This document shows, piece after piece, positions 17,908 through 27,164 of a DNA stretch of 64,000 bases. The stretch's first letter is position 1. Each line of letters opens with the position of its first letter. The position numbers were made by a program, and so were the translations under genes. The DNA comes from Marispirochaeta sp. (GTDB taxonomy: Bacteria; Spirochaetota; Spirochaetia; JC444; Marispirochaetaceae). The notes under the pieces were generated by a model. The model ran no database searches, was not told where the DNA came from, and saw nothing but the letters and a program-made list of their open reading frames with translations. The DNA is taken from the NCBI GenBank assembly GCA_963676835.2, contig CAXXFF010000002.1:384001-448000 (forward strand). Reading direction: 5' to 3'.

Positions 17908-19479
17908 ATGCTATCCACCCGGGAAGAGGCCCTCTCTCAGCTCGTTCGGACCAGCAGCCTCATATCCGAAGAATTTCAATTCCGTACTCTTATTTCCCGT
18001 CTTGTGGAACAGGCGCAGGATGTGACTCAGTCAGACCTGTCCGCCCTCTATCTGTTTCAGGATCCGGAAGCAAAGCGGAGCTCCCTGAAACTGGCCTATA
18101 AACGGGGCCGCTACCCAATTACCGGAACCCTTGCTGCGTCAAATGAAGTTGCCGATTTTGTACAGGACTGCGGAGAGGCGGTAATCCTTACCGAACGCAA
18201 ACCCAGCCCCTTCATAGGGCTGCTTCTCCACGAAGAGATGAAAAGCGGCGTGGCTGTTCCCATTAAAACCGCCAAAGGGCGCATCGGCATTCTCTATCTC
18301 AACTCCAGGCAGGCCAACTTCTACAGCAGTATCCGCTTCAGTTTCATTGAAAGCTTTACCCGTCTTGCGGGGGGAATGCTGCATAACGCCAGACTCTTCC
18401 AGGAGACCCGTGAATACCTGCAGCGCATAGAAGAGATGGAACGCTATCAGGAAAGCATCTTCTCATCCATGACAAACCTGCTGATAACCACCGACGATGC
18501 CGGAACAATCCACTACTTCAACAAGGCAGCCGCAGAACGGATGCAGCTGACAGAAAAGGATCTGGGCAGGGATCTGGGCGATTTCTTCAGTAAAAAGATA
18601 GGCAGAAAGGTTATCAACGCCCTGAATGCCAGTCAGGAGAGCGGTAAAGAGGTTCTGGGTATAGAAGGGATATACCGGGGCGCAGAGAAGGAGATGGACT
18701 TCTCTCTGAATGTATCTCCACTGCAGGGGAAACGGGGCCGACACGAAGGACTTACCCTGCTGTTTACTGACCAGACCAGTGAACAGGAACTGAAGGCCAG
18801 CATGGAGGTAGCCAAAGAGGAGCGGCGGGTTATCAAGGATATGTTCGCCAGGTACATGTCCAACGATGTTGTGAGCGAACTGATGAACACCCCGGATCTG
18901 GTCAAACCCGGAGGGGATCAGAAACGGGCAACCCTCTTTTTTGCGGATATTGTGGGATACACCGCCTTTTCCGAAGGCAAGGAAGCTGCCTACATAATCG
19001 AACTGTTGAATGAATTCTTCTCTGAAGCCGTGGAGGTGGTTCTCCGCAATAAAGGCTACATAGACAAGTTCATCGGTGACTGTATTATGGCCGCCTGGGG
19101 CGTCCCTCTTTCTTCAGAAAAAGAGGATGCTATCCGGGCGGTGAGTACTGCCGTGGAAATCCAGAGGATGGTGCGGGACAAAAACCGTCGCTTCTTTACC
19201 GGAAAGGCCAAGAATCTGAAACTTGCCATCGGCATGAATACCGGCCCCCTGGTTGCAGGAAATCTCGGATCAAGCCAGCGGATGGACTATACTGTCATCG
19301 GAGATACCGTTAACCTTGCCGCCAGACTTGAAGGTGTTGCCGCTGCCAACGAAATTATCATAACCCAGGACACCATGGACCTCATTGACGGTGAGTTCAA
19401 GGTTCAGAAACGAAACCCGGTACAGGTTAAAGGCAAAGCCAAACCTATTCAGATATACAACGTTATCGATTTTCGCTGA
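17908..19479 (+). CDS. GAF-PAS class III adenylate cyclase
   Basis: FADIVGYT, DKFIGDCIMA (Lys), RMDYTVIGDTVNLAARLE (Asp), i.e. ATP-selecting residues; N-terminal GAF and PAS. Confidence 0.9.
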   Translation: MLSTREEALSQLVRTSSLISEEFQFRTLISRLVEQAQDVTQSDLSALYLFQDPEAKRSSLKLAYKRGRYPITGTLAASNEVADFVQDCGEAVILTERKPSPFIGLLLHEEMKSGVAVPIKTAKGRIGILYLNSRQANFYSSIRFSFIESFTRLAGGMLHNARLFQETREYLQRIEEMERYQESIFSSMTNLLITTDDAGTIHYFNKAAAERMQLTEKDLGRDLGDFFSKKIGRKVINALNASQESGKEVLGIEGIYRGAEKEMDFSLNVSPLQGKRGRHEGLTLLFTDQTSEQELKASMEVAKEERRVIKDMFARYMSNDVVSELMNTPDLVKPGGDQKRATLFFADIVGYTAFSEGKEAAYIIELLNEFFSEAVEVVLRNKGYIDKFIGDCIMAAWGVPLSSEKEDAIRAVSTAVEIQRMVRDKNRRFFTGKAKNLKLAIGMNTGPLVAGNLGSSQRMDYTVIGDTVNLAARLEGVAAANEIIITQDTMDLIDGEFKVQKRNPVQVKGKAKPIQIYNVIDFR

Positions 19480-19518
19480 TAACCATTCAAGAGCGATTTC
19501 TATACATTGGAGGATTCT

Positions 19519-22107
19519 GTGAATATTGCAGAAATTTTGAGCTCAATGCCCCTTTGGGTATACATTCTCGACGGCGTAATCATCGCCGCGATTCTTGCCG
19601 TCATTGTACGGACACTGATTCAGAATACACTTCTGAAAAAACGGCTGGAAAAAGCCTGCCTGGACAGGGAAGCAGCCCAGCTGCTGATTCTTGAAAAATA
19701 CTCCTACCAGGTACTGCTGCGGAAGTCAGCCTATATTGAAGCGGCGGTCGACAAATACGGCGATGCCCTGATTGATTATCTGGATATTGCCGACAAATGG
19801 GTGGAAGAGCTGAAGACCCGCAGACGGATTAAGGATATCCGCCGGGTGCTTAAATACATCCCCGAGAAAGGGCTTTTCTATGTCTTTCTTGCAGTCCTGG
19901 AAAAACCGAAAAGAGTTCAGCTTCTCTCAACCTGGCTGAAAGAGAGCGGAGACCTGCTGGCCATGCGGCGAATTGCCCTCTCCGGCAGGGGAGAAAACTT
20001 TGACGGCGCCAGGGCCCTGGGAATATTCGAGGAATACATTCCCCAGATCCGGGAAATGACCGGGGACCCCGAATGGGCATCCCGCTATTTTGCGGTAAAG
20101 ATTCTCCTCCACCATGATGATGACCGGTCACGCCGGGCGGTCTTCGATTCACTCCACGACTCCCACGCGCTGGTACGCCGCACTGTTGCAGGTGAATACA
20201 TTCACAGCGATGAAGAGGCCTTCTACCGGGAACTGGTATTTATCTTTACCGAGGATCCCGTATTCGAGGTACGAAGGACAGCCAAAGAGCGGCTGAACAG
20301 TGATTATGCCGACAGGGAAATTCTGGATGTTAAGAGTCTGAATGATGTACAGGCTTTTCATATCCTCGATCTGATGAATCCCGAATTCGCCCAGGATGAG
20401 AATACCGCCCTCTCCTTTCTGGACAGCGACAACCTGGAACTCAGACTCAGCTCCGCCTACTTTCTGGACTCAATCAAGGCACTGGACAGACTCTTTCTAC
20501 AGGCAGAAGCCGGAGACAGGGAGCAGTTCAACCGCAACTACAAGCTGTTGAAAAAGTCCTCGGAAGTGGGCATAACCTCCTTCCTGAAACTTGTAGAGAG
20601 CACCAAAAATCCGGCCAGCCTGCTTATGGCTGCCAGACTGCTGCAGAAAACCGGCTCCCGGGAAATTATAACCAGTCTGACCCCCACGGTATTCGCTCTC
20701 TCACCGGAAGAGAAAAATCATGCCGACTACCGGGAACTCTATGATGAAACTCTCAAGGCAATAAAGTATAACGGCAATGCCGATGCTGTACGTCTGCTGT
20801 ATACAGAACTGGAAAAGTTCAAATACCGTGAAGATTTTCTCAATAGAATTCTACCGAATCTCCCGGAGAACGGGGATAACATTCTGGTGCCCCTGCTTAT
20901 CGGCATGCTCAAAGACCCGAAGGTCCCGGCCAGGGATCTGCTCAGAGAGACACTGCTTAAATACCGGGAGTGTTTTTTCCTTGGAGAGATTATCTCAATC
21001 CTCAAGGCCGAGCGGGGGATCTTCCCCCATCAGGTCCGTATCGATGCACTGAAGCTCCTTGCCCAGCTGAAAAAACCCTACTGCCTGCAGCAGGTACTGG
21101 AGAATCTCTCCATACTGCCCCTGGATCAGGCCCGTATTTTTACCACCCTTTTAGCAGAGTTCAGCGGAGACCTTTTCAGCAGTCGGGTTGATGTTATCCT
21201 GAAGGATGACGACGCCCAGGTAAGAGCAGCCCTGATTGCAGCCCTGCCGGCTACCGGTTTCAAGGAGTTTGTTACCCCTATACGGAAAGCCCTGAAGGAT
21301 GCGGATCCGGATGTACGCATTGCCGCCGTCTGGGCCCTGCATGACTACCAGGAACAGCGATCCCTCAACTCCACCGTCGACATGCTGCGGGACCCGGTTG
21401 AGCGGGTCCGCGTGGAGGTTGCCCGGGCGCTGGGCTCCTACGGCAGTGAATCAACCCTGGATCGGCTCAAGGAGCTCCTGTTTGATGAAAATGAGGTGCC
21501 CACAATAAAAATTGCCGCCACCACCGGCCTCGGTTTTTCTGAAACCCAGGGCAGCGTTGATGTGCTGGTGGAAAAACTTCGGGATATGACCGGCGAACTC
21601 CATGAGGAAATTATCGAAGCCCTGTCGGTCAAACATGATGTTAAAGGCCTGACAAGGATGGTGGAAATCTTCAAGGATGCGGAACCGAAGATCAGGGAAA
21701 AAATGAGCGAAGCCTTCAAGCGGATGCGCATGAAAGGGGAACCGGCACTTATCAATCTTATTCAGGAAGATATCCCCAGCCTGCTTCCCCTGGTCTATGA
21801 CATCCTGGAAGAGACCGGCTGGGTGGAGAGCATAATCCGCAGACTGGCCCATAAATCACCGGAAGTACGCCGGGAGGCCGCCTCATTGCTGGCAAAAATC
21901 GGAACCAGAGCAGCCTTCCGGGGAATTGTACTGGCCGCCAGAGATCCTGACGAGGATGTACGGGTGGAAGTAACCAGGGCCCTGGAAAACCTCAACAGCG
22001 GCGAGGGCACTGAAATTCTCCACGATCTGGAGAATGATCCCGACAAACGGGTGCGGAAATACACCCTCTGGGCCCTGGAACGGATAAAGGCGAAGAACAC
22101 CGATTAA
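19519..22107 (+). CDS. Membrane-anchored HEAT/PBS-lyase repeat protein
   Basis: N-terminal TM helix; many 'L.D.d..VR..A..AL' repeats; GTG start after GGAGG. Confidence 0.85.
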   Translation: MNIAEILSSMPLWVYILDGVIIAAILAVIVRTLIQNTLLKKRLEKACLDREAAQLLILEKYSYQVLLRKSAYIEAAVDKYGDALIDYLDIADKWVEELKTRRRIKDIRRVLKYIPEKGLFYVFLAVLEKPKRVQLLSTWLKESGDLLAMRRIALSGRGENFDGARALGIFEEYIPQIREMTGDPEWASRYFAVKILLHHDDDRSRRAVFDSLHDSHALVRRTVAGEYIHSDEEAFYRELVFIFTEDPVFEVRRTAKERLNSDYADREILDVKSLNDVQAFHILDLMNPEFAQDENTALSFLDSDNLELRLSSAYFLDSIKALDRLFLQAEAGDREQFNRNYKLLKKSSEVGITSFLKLVESTKNPASLLMAARLLQKTGSREIITSLTPTVFALSPEEKNHADYRELYDETLKAIKYNGNADAVRLLYTELEKFKYREDFLNRILPNLPENGDNILVPLLIGMLKDPKVPARDLLRETLLKYRECFFLGEIISILKAERGIFPHQVRIDALKLLAQLKKPYCLQQVLENLSILPLDQARIFTTLLAEFSGDLFSSRVDVILKDDDAQVRAALIAALPATGFKEFVTPIRKALKDADPDVRIAAVWALHDYQEQRSLNSTVDMLRDPVERVRVEVARALGSYGSESTLDRLKELLFDENEVPTIKIAATTGLGFSETQGSVDVLVEKLRDMTGELHEEIIEALSVKHDVKGLTRMVEIFKDAEPKIREKMSEAFKRMRMKGEPALINLIQEDIPSLLPLVYDILEETGWVESIIRRLAHKSPEVRREAASLLAKIGTRAAFRGIVLAARDPDEDVRVEVTRALENLNSGEGTEILHDLENDPDKRVRKYTLWALERIKAKNTD

Positions 22108-22454
22108 AAGGTAATTACCTTATAGCCCTTTTCAATATAACTGCTCATTGAGGGGTGACCTTTCAGGTCGCCTCCAAGGGGCAGTCCCTGGGCTTCAACC
22201 TCTTTGAGCACTCCCAGCTTGGCGGAACAGGCCTGGCAGACAATATCGATGAGTCCTGAATCTTTGAGCTTCACCCAGAGATTACCAAAAGGAGCATCCG
22301 GCTTAACCAGCTCCCGGGCAACGGTAACCGCCGAGCCTTCCAGCACAACCTTCACATCGTATCCCTTCTCCTGCATGTCAAAGGCGTTGAGCATTACATG
22401 AACAAAACAGACAGGATCTCCATTAAACGCGAACAGTACAAATTTCTCAGCCAT
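22104..22454 (-). CDS. DsrE/DsrF-like family protein
   Basis: CFVHVMLNA, VVLEGSAV, VCQACS, GHPSM..Y...GY.VITF pattern. Confidence 0.75.
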   Translation of the reverse strand: MAEKFVLFAFNGDPVCFVHVMLNAFDMQEKGYDVKVVLEGSAVTVARELVKPDAPFGNLWVKLKDSGLIDIVCQACSAKLGVLKEVEAQGLPLGGDLKGHPSMSSYIEKGYKVITF

Positions 22455-22586
22455 ATCAGCCTCCATTTTTAACCCGATATCCCGATTATACCCCGATCAG
22501 GCCATAAGAGGCTGTCTAATCTTGAATTTATGGCCCTGTACTGGTACAAAAAGACAGTAATTTTCTTCAAGCAGAAGGGGTGTTCC

Positions 22587-23195
22587 ATGCGTATTGTCTG
22601 TCTCGACCTGGAAGGGGTTCTGGTACCTGAAATCTGGATCAATGTAGCTGAAAAAACCGGAATCGAAGAACTGCGGCTGACAACCCGGGATATCCCTGAT
22701 TACGATGAACTGATGACAAAGAGGCTTGGAATCCTTGATGAGCACAATCTCAAGCTCAAGGATATACAGGATGTGATTGCGGGAATGAGCCCCCTTGAAG
22801 GTGCCAATGAGTTCCTTGAATCACTTCGTTCCGCCTACCAGGTGATTATCCTCTCGGATACCTTCGATCAGTTTGCCTCCCCCCTGATGCGTCAGCTCGG
22901 ATGGCCGACACTTTTCTGCAATACCCTGGAGATATCCGATGACGACCGTGTGACAGGATATACACTCCGCCAGAAAGATGGCAAACGCAAGGCTGTTGAA
23001 GCGTTAAAATCCCTGAATATGCATATAGTCGCCTCCGGGGACTCCTATAACGACCTTACCATGCTGCTCAATGCACATGCAGGTATTCTCTTCTGTCCTC
23101 CGGACAGCATAATAGAAGAATACCCGAACCTTCCGGTAAGCAGAGAGTACTCAGATCTCCGCAGGGAGATCGATAACAGTTTCCGTACTATTTAA
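22587..23195 (+). CDS. thrH: Phosphoserine phosphatase/homoserine phosphotransferase (HAD)
   Basis: CLDLEGVLVPEIW, TTRDIPDYDELM, LSDTF, GDSYND motifs. Confidence 0.95.
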   Translation: MRIVCLDLEGVLVPEIWINVAEKTGIEELRLTTRDIPDYDELMTKRLGILDEHNLKLKDIQDVIAGMSPLEGANEFLESLRSAYQVIILSDTFDQFASPLMRQLGWPTLFCNTLEISDDDRVTGYTLRQKDGKRKAVEALKSLNMHIVASGDSYNDLTMLLNAHAGILFCPPDSIIEEYPNLPVSREYSDLRREIDNSFRTI

Positions 23196-23294
23196 TACCG
23201 AAGACACATAGGAATTTGCATATTTACCTCTTTTACTGATATTATAAGCGGAGATGTCTATCTCCGGTTATAGTTCCGGTATGAAGTTAAATAT

Positions 23295-25850
23295 GTGAGG
23301 ACCAACGTGCAAAACCACCGTATTCTGCTTTTGTTGTCTGCCCTTATTCTTATACCTCTGCTCCCTCTGCAGGCAGGAGGACAGCAGGAGATACCGGCGG
23401 ATCAGCTTCCGGCCGTGGATCAAAGTGCACCTTCCGGTGCACAGCAGGATCCAGTTGAGCTTTTTATTTTTTCAGACCCATCAGTAAGCGAACAACTGCT
23501 CTCTCCCAACGGAGATGATTTTCTTGAAAAAACAAGCATAGGCTTTTCCCTGAAAACAATGGCGGAAACAATGCCGGCGGAAGATGCGGTATTCGGGATA
23601 AGCATAGCCGGACCCGATGGCAAAGAAGTTTTCCGCACCACCAGTTCAAGTATTCCCGCCCCGGGGTACCGGAGCCATTTTGACCTGACCTGGGACGGGG
23701 CTGACCAGGATCGCATGGTTCTGGCAGACGGGCTCTATACTCCCAGACTCTTTGTCTATCAGAACGGCGGCATTGCCGCATCTCTGGTTCTGGATCCGAT
23801 TGAGCTGGACAGTACTCCGCCGGAGATCAATTTCATAAAGCCGGAAAATCTGCTGTTCAGTCCCAACGGCGACGGCTTCCATGAAACCCTGACCATAAGC
23901 CATATAGCAGAAGAGGCAGACTGGACTGCCTTCCTCATAGACAGGAACAAAGACATTGTCCGGCAGTACTATTGGAAAAACCAGGTTCCCGAGCCGATTA
24001 CCCTGGATGGAACAGACGACAGCGGCCGCAAGCTCCGGGACGGACTCTATTTCTACAAGATCAGCGGAAAGGATGCCGCGGGGAATTCCACCGGCGAGAT
24101 ACTCCTGGAAGGTATCGAAATCGATTCAACCCTCCCGGAGCTCGAGCTTTCCGTCAACTATGACGCCTTCTCACCCAACAGCGACGGGTATCAGGATACG
24201 GTTCTGGCCATTCCCCAGTTTACCTACCGCGACAGGGTTGTCGACTGGGAAGGAACTGTGGAAGGCACCGATACCCCCTTCAGCATGAGTTTCCGGGGAA
24301 GAAAAAAAGATCCCTTCCCTTTTACGTTCAAAGGGCTGAATGAAGAAAACGGCCCGCTCCCCGAAGGGATCTACCGTATCCGCTACAGCCTGACCTACAG
24401 AAACGGAATTCAGCTTACCCAATCGGTGGACGTGGAAATCGACCTCACCTTTCCGGATGTGGATATCCGCTACGAAGAGAAGTTTACCCCCAACCAGGAC
24501 TTCAACAATGATGAGGAAGACATCGTAATGTCCTCCGATGAGGGCGTTACCTTCCGGGGCGAAATCGTCAACCAGCAGGGAAAGGCCCTGAAGGTTTTCT
24601 CAGCCATCGGAACCTCGGCAGCAGTCTCCTGGGACGGCTCTGATCAGTTCGGCAAAGCCGTCCCGGACGGCACCTACTATCTTGCGGGACGCTATCAGGA
24701 TCCTGCAGGCAACGGGGCCAATCTCGATCCGCCGTATCCCATTCTGGTCGATTCCAGGCCTACCGGTATCGATATGCAGATCCCTTCAGGATTTTCACCC
24801 AACAAGGATGATATAGACGACCTTCTCCCGGTGGGAATTATTCACGATGTTCCAAACATTCTGAAAACCTGGAAAATCACTTTTGAATCTGAGGGGGGGA
24901 CAAAGATTCAGTCCTACTCCGGGGGTGAAAATATTCCGGACACGGTGTTCTGGGACGGCTCCATAGCCGGAAAAACCGGTACCACCGCTGAGGACGGCCG
25001 CTATCTGGCCCGTCTTTCTCTAACATACAAGGACCGCAGTCCCGTTGAGTTTCTCTCCCGGCCCTTTCTGCTGGATACCCACCCGCCGCGGATTCGGCTT
25101 CAGGTGTCCCCCGCCAATTTTGAGCGCGGCACCGACCGGGTCTTCGGTACCGTACCGATTACCATCGGCGCTGAAGATGAATCCGATGTGGGCTACTGGA
25201 TTCTGGATATAAAAAACAAGGAAGGGGAAATTGTCCGCAGCTATGAAGGCGACGGCGATCCCCGGGAGCATATATGGTGGAACGGCCGGGATAATGACGA
25301 CAAACCCGTGGAAGACCCCGACCAGTACACCTTCCAGGTAACGGTAATTGATAAACTGGGAAACAAAGGCGTCCTTCAGGAAGATCACGATATTGACGTG
25401 GTGGTAATCTGGAAGGATGGTAAATATTACCTGCTGGTACCGAACATTATCTTCGGAGCCTATAAGCACGACATAGACTCCGCCGGGCCGGTTATGCTCA
25501 AACGCAACAGGGAAACCCTGCGTAAGGTACTGAAGGCCTTCACAAAATATCCGGACCGCAGCCTCACCCTGGAAGGACATGCACTGAATATCTACCGCGG
25601 CGGCCCCGGAGAAGAGGGAGAGGAAGATATCCTCGGCCCCCTGACACAGCGGAGAGCCTCAACCGTACGGGATGAACTGATCAGTATGGGATTTGATCCG
25701 GAAAGAATATCAGTGGAGTTCTTCGGCGGACGGGAACCAATGGCACCGGTGGATGATCTTCGGGTGCGCTGGAAAAACCGCCGGGTTGAGTTTGTCATGT
25801 CCGGAGAGGAGTTGGCGGAGCCCCCCGAAGATGCAGGGACAAATGAATGA
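23295..25850 (+). CDS. Exported FlgD-Ig/'FSPNGDG' repeat protein with C-terminal OmpA-like peptidoglycan-binding domain
   Basis: Signal peptide; five (F/L)(S/T)PNxD units with WDG..G....DG.Y; C-terminal EGHA..LTQRRA..V..KNRRVEF. Confidence 0.85.
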   Translation: MRTNVQNHRILLLLSALILIPLLPLQAGGQQEIPADQLPAVDQSAPSGAQQDPVELFIFSDPSVSEQLLSPNGDDFLEKTSIGFSLKTMAETMPAEDAVFGISIAGPDGKEVFRTTSSSIPAPGYRSHFDLTWDGADQDRMVLADGLYTPRLFVYQNGGIAASLVLDPIELDSTPPEINFIKPENLLFSPNGDGFHETLTISHIAEEADWTAFLIDRNKDIVRQYYWKNQVPEPITLDGTDDSGRKLRDGLYFYKISGKDAAGNSTGEILLEGIEIDSTLPELELSVNYDAFSPNSDGYQDTVLAIPQFTYRDRVVDWEGTVEGTDTPFSMSFRGRKKDPFPFTFKGLNEENGPLPEGIYRIRYSLTYRNGIQLTQSVDVEIDLTFPDVDIRYEEKFTPNQDFNNDEEDIVMSSDEGVTFRGEIVNQQGKALKVFSAIGTSAAVSWDGSDQFGKAVPDGTYYLAGRYQDPAGNGANLDPPYPILVDSRPTGIDMQIPSGFSPNKDDIDDLLPVGIIHDVPNILKTWKITFESEGGTKIQSYSGGENIPDTVFWDGSIAGKTGTTAEDGRYLARLSLTYKDRSPVEFLSRPFLLDTHPPRIRLQVSPANFERGTDRVFGTVPITIGAEDESDVGYWILDIKNKEGEIVRSYEGDGDPREHIWWNGRDNDDKPVEDPDQYTFQVTVIDKLGNKGVLQEDHDIDVVVIWKDGKYYLLVPNIIFGAYKHDIDSAGPVMLKRNRETLRKVLKAFTKYPDRSLTLEGHALNIYRGGPGEEGEEDILGPLTQRRASTVRDELISMGFDPERISVEFFGGREPMAPVDDLRVRWKNRRVEFVMSGEELAEPPEDAGTNE

Positions 25851-26443
25851 TACAGACAGCCGCAGCACGGCGGGTCGGGTTTCTGCTCTACTTTCTTCTG
25901 ATCATAAGCCTGTTTTTCATCGTAACCGCGATCGGATGCAGCAATAACCAGTTCCGCGAACTTGATGTTGTTCAGAGGCAGATCCGTTCAGTACTGGAGC
26001 TGCCTTCTTATGAGCATGTTTATCATGAAGTGATATATCTCGGCGAGGAGAGCAGTTTTCTCGGGATAAAAACCAGAGACAAGAGACTGCTTTTCTCTCT
26101 GGATATGCATGTCCTGGCCGGAATCGATCTGGATAAGGGAATCAAGCTTATACCCGGAAAAAAAGGCAGCCTGGAAGTAACGCTTCCTCCACCGGCGGTC
26201 CTGCTCATAGATGCCGATGAGGAGAGTATTCATCAGTATTTCATTCTGGAAAGGGGCAGTGCCGTAACCCAGACCGATTTCTACCGGGAGATTGAGGCAA
26301 GCAAGGCTTCAATCATGGAGGACGCCCTGCAGCGGGGGATTCTTCAGAAAGCCCGGGAAAATGCCAGGGATATGGTTCGGTCCATTCTACAGGGTGCAGG
26401 ATTCTCGGATATCCGTTTTGCCGAAGCCCGGAGCGAATCATGA
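25847..26443 (+). CDS. DUF4230-like protein
   Basis: N-terminal TM/lipobox; AGIDL, VTLPPP, ILQKARENA pattern. Confidence 0.7.
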   Translation: MIQTAAARRVGFLLYFLLIISLFFIVTAIGCSNNQFRELDVVQRQIRSVLELPSYEHVYHEVIYLGEESSFLGIKTRDKRLLFSLDMHVLAGIDLDKGIKLIPGKKGSLEVTLPPPAVLLIDADEESIHQYFILERGSAVTQTDFYREIEASKASIMEDALQRGILQKARENARDMVRSILQGAGFSDIRFAEARSES

Positions 26444-26456
26444 AAAGAGGAGAAGC

Positions 26457-27164
26457 ATGAAAATACGCACCATGATCTCCCTGGCAGTTTCCATTATTCT
26501 TTTCTGTCTGTCCGTCCTTCTTCTGCTGAAGATTAACCCTTTCGCCTGGAATCTTCCGGATCTGTCCATTATTAAAACAGAGAAAACCTCCGCCCGGGAC
26601 ATACTCCTCAAAGAGGCCCGCACCGTCTACAGGCTCAATACGGTGGAACTGGTATATAAATGCGTATTTCCCTACGATTATCTGCCGGAAAACCCGGACT
26701 GGCAGGCACTGTTTTACAACGAAGCTGTGGGTCAACTTTCAGCGGAAGAAAAAGAACTGATGGAGTTTTACCGCTTCTGCCGCAGCCTTAATATCGATCC
26801 TGTTTCACGGGATCATTCCTTTGCAGTAGTAACGGTTATAGTAAAAGCAGGATTCGACCTGGAAGATTATCCTTTACCGGAGAAGATTGTCACCGAGGGA
26901 ACCCGGGTTGAGTTTACCCTTCCCTCACCTGCGGTAACAGAGATCATCATACATGACCCGGGAGAATCGGATTACCCCTATCCCGGCATGGAAATAAGCC
27001 CGGAAAACTGGAAAACACTGACTGAGTTTATTAAAACCGGCGTTGATGACATTGTCAGGGAAACGGGCCTGCTGGAAAAAGCCGCCGCAAAGGGAGAAGA
27101 ACTCTTCAGCCGTCTGGCTGCTCCCGGCGGCTTTTCGGATATTCGTTTCAGCTATTTGGAATGA
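26457..27164 (+). CDS. DUF4230-like protein (second copy)
   Basis: N-terminal TM; VKAGFDL, TLPSP, LLEKAAAK; same GFSDIRF C-terminus as neighbour; start re-called to ATG 26457. Confidence 0.65.
   Translation: MKIRTMISLAVSIILFCLSVLLLLKINPFAWNLPDLSIIKTEKTSARDILLKEARTVYRLNTVELVYKCVFPYDYLPENPDWQALFYNEAVGQLSAEEKELMEFYRFCRSLNIDPVSRDHSFAVVTVIVKAGFDLEDYPLPEKIVTEGTRVEFTLPSPAVTEIIIHDPGESDYPYPGMEISPENWKTLTEFIKTGVDDIVRETGLLEKAAAKGEELFSRLAAPGGFSDIRFSYLE

Noticed and set aside
17908..22107. Pycsar or CBASS defence system
   Set aside because: The cyclase has canonical adenine-selecting residues and GAF-PAS input, and the adjacent gene has no CNBD-TIR/TM effector.
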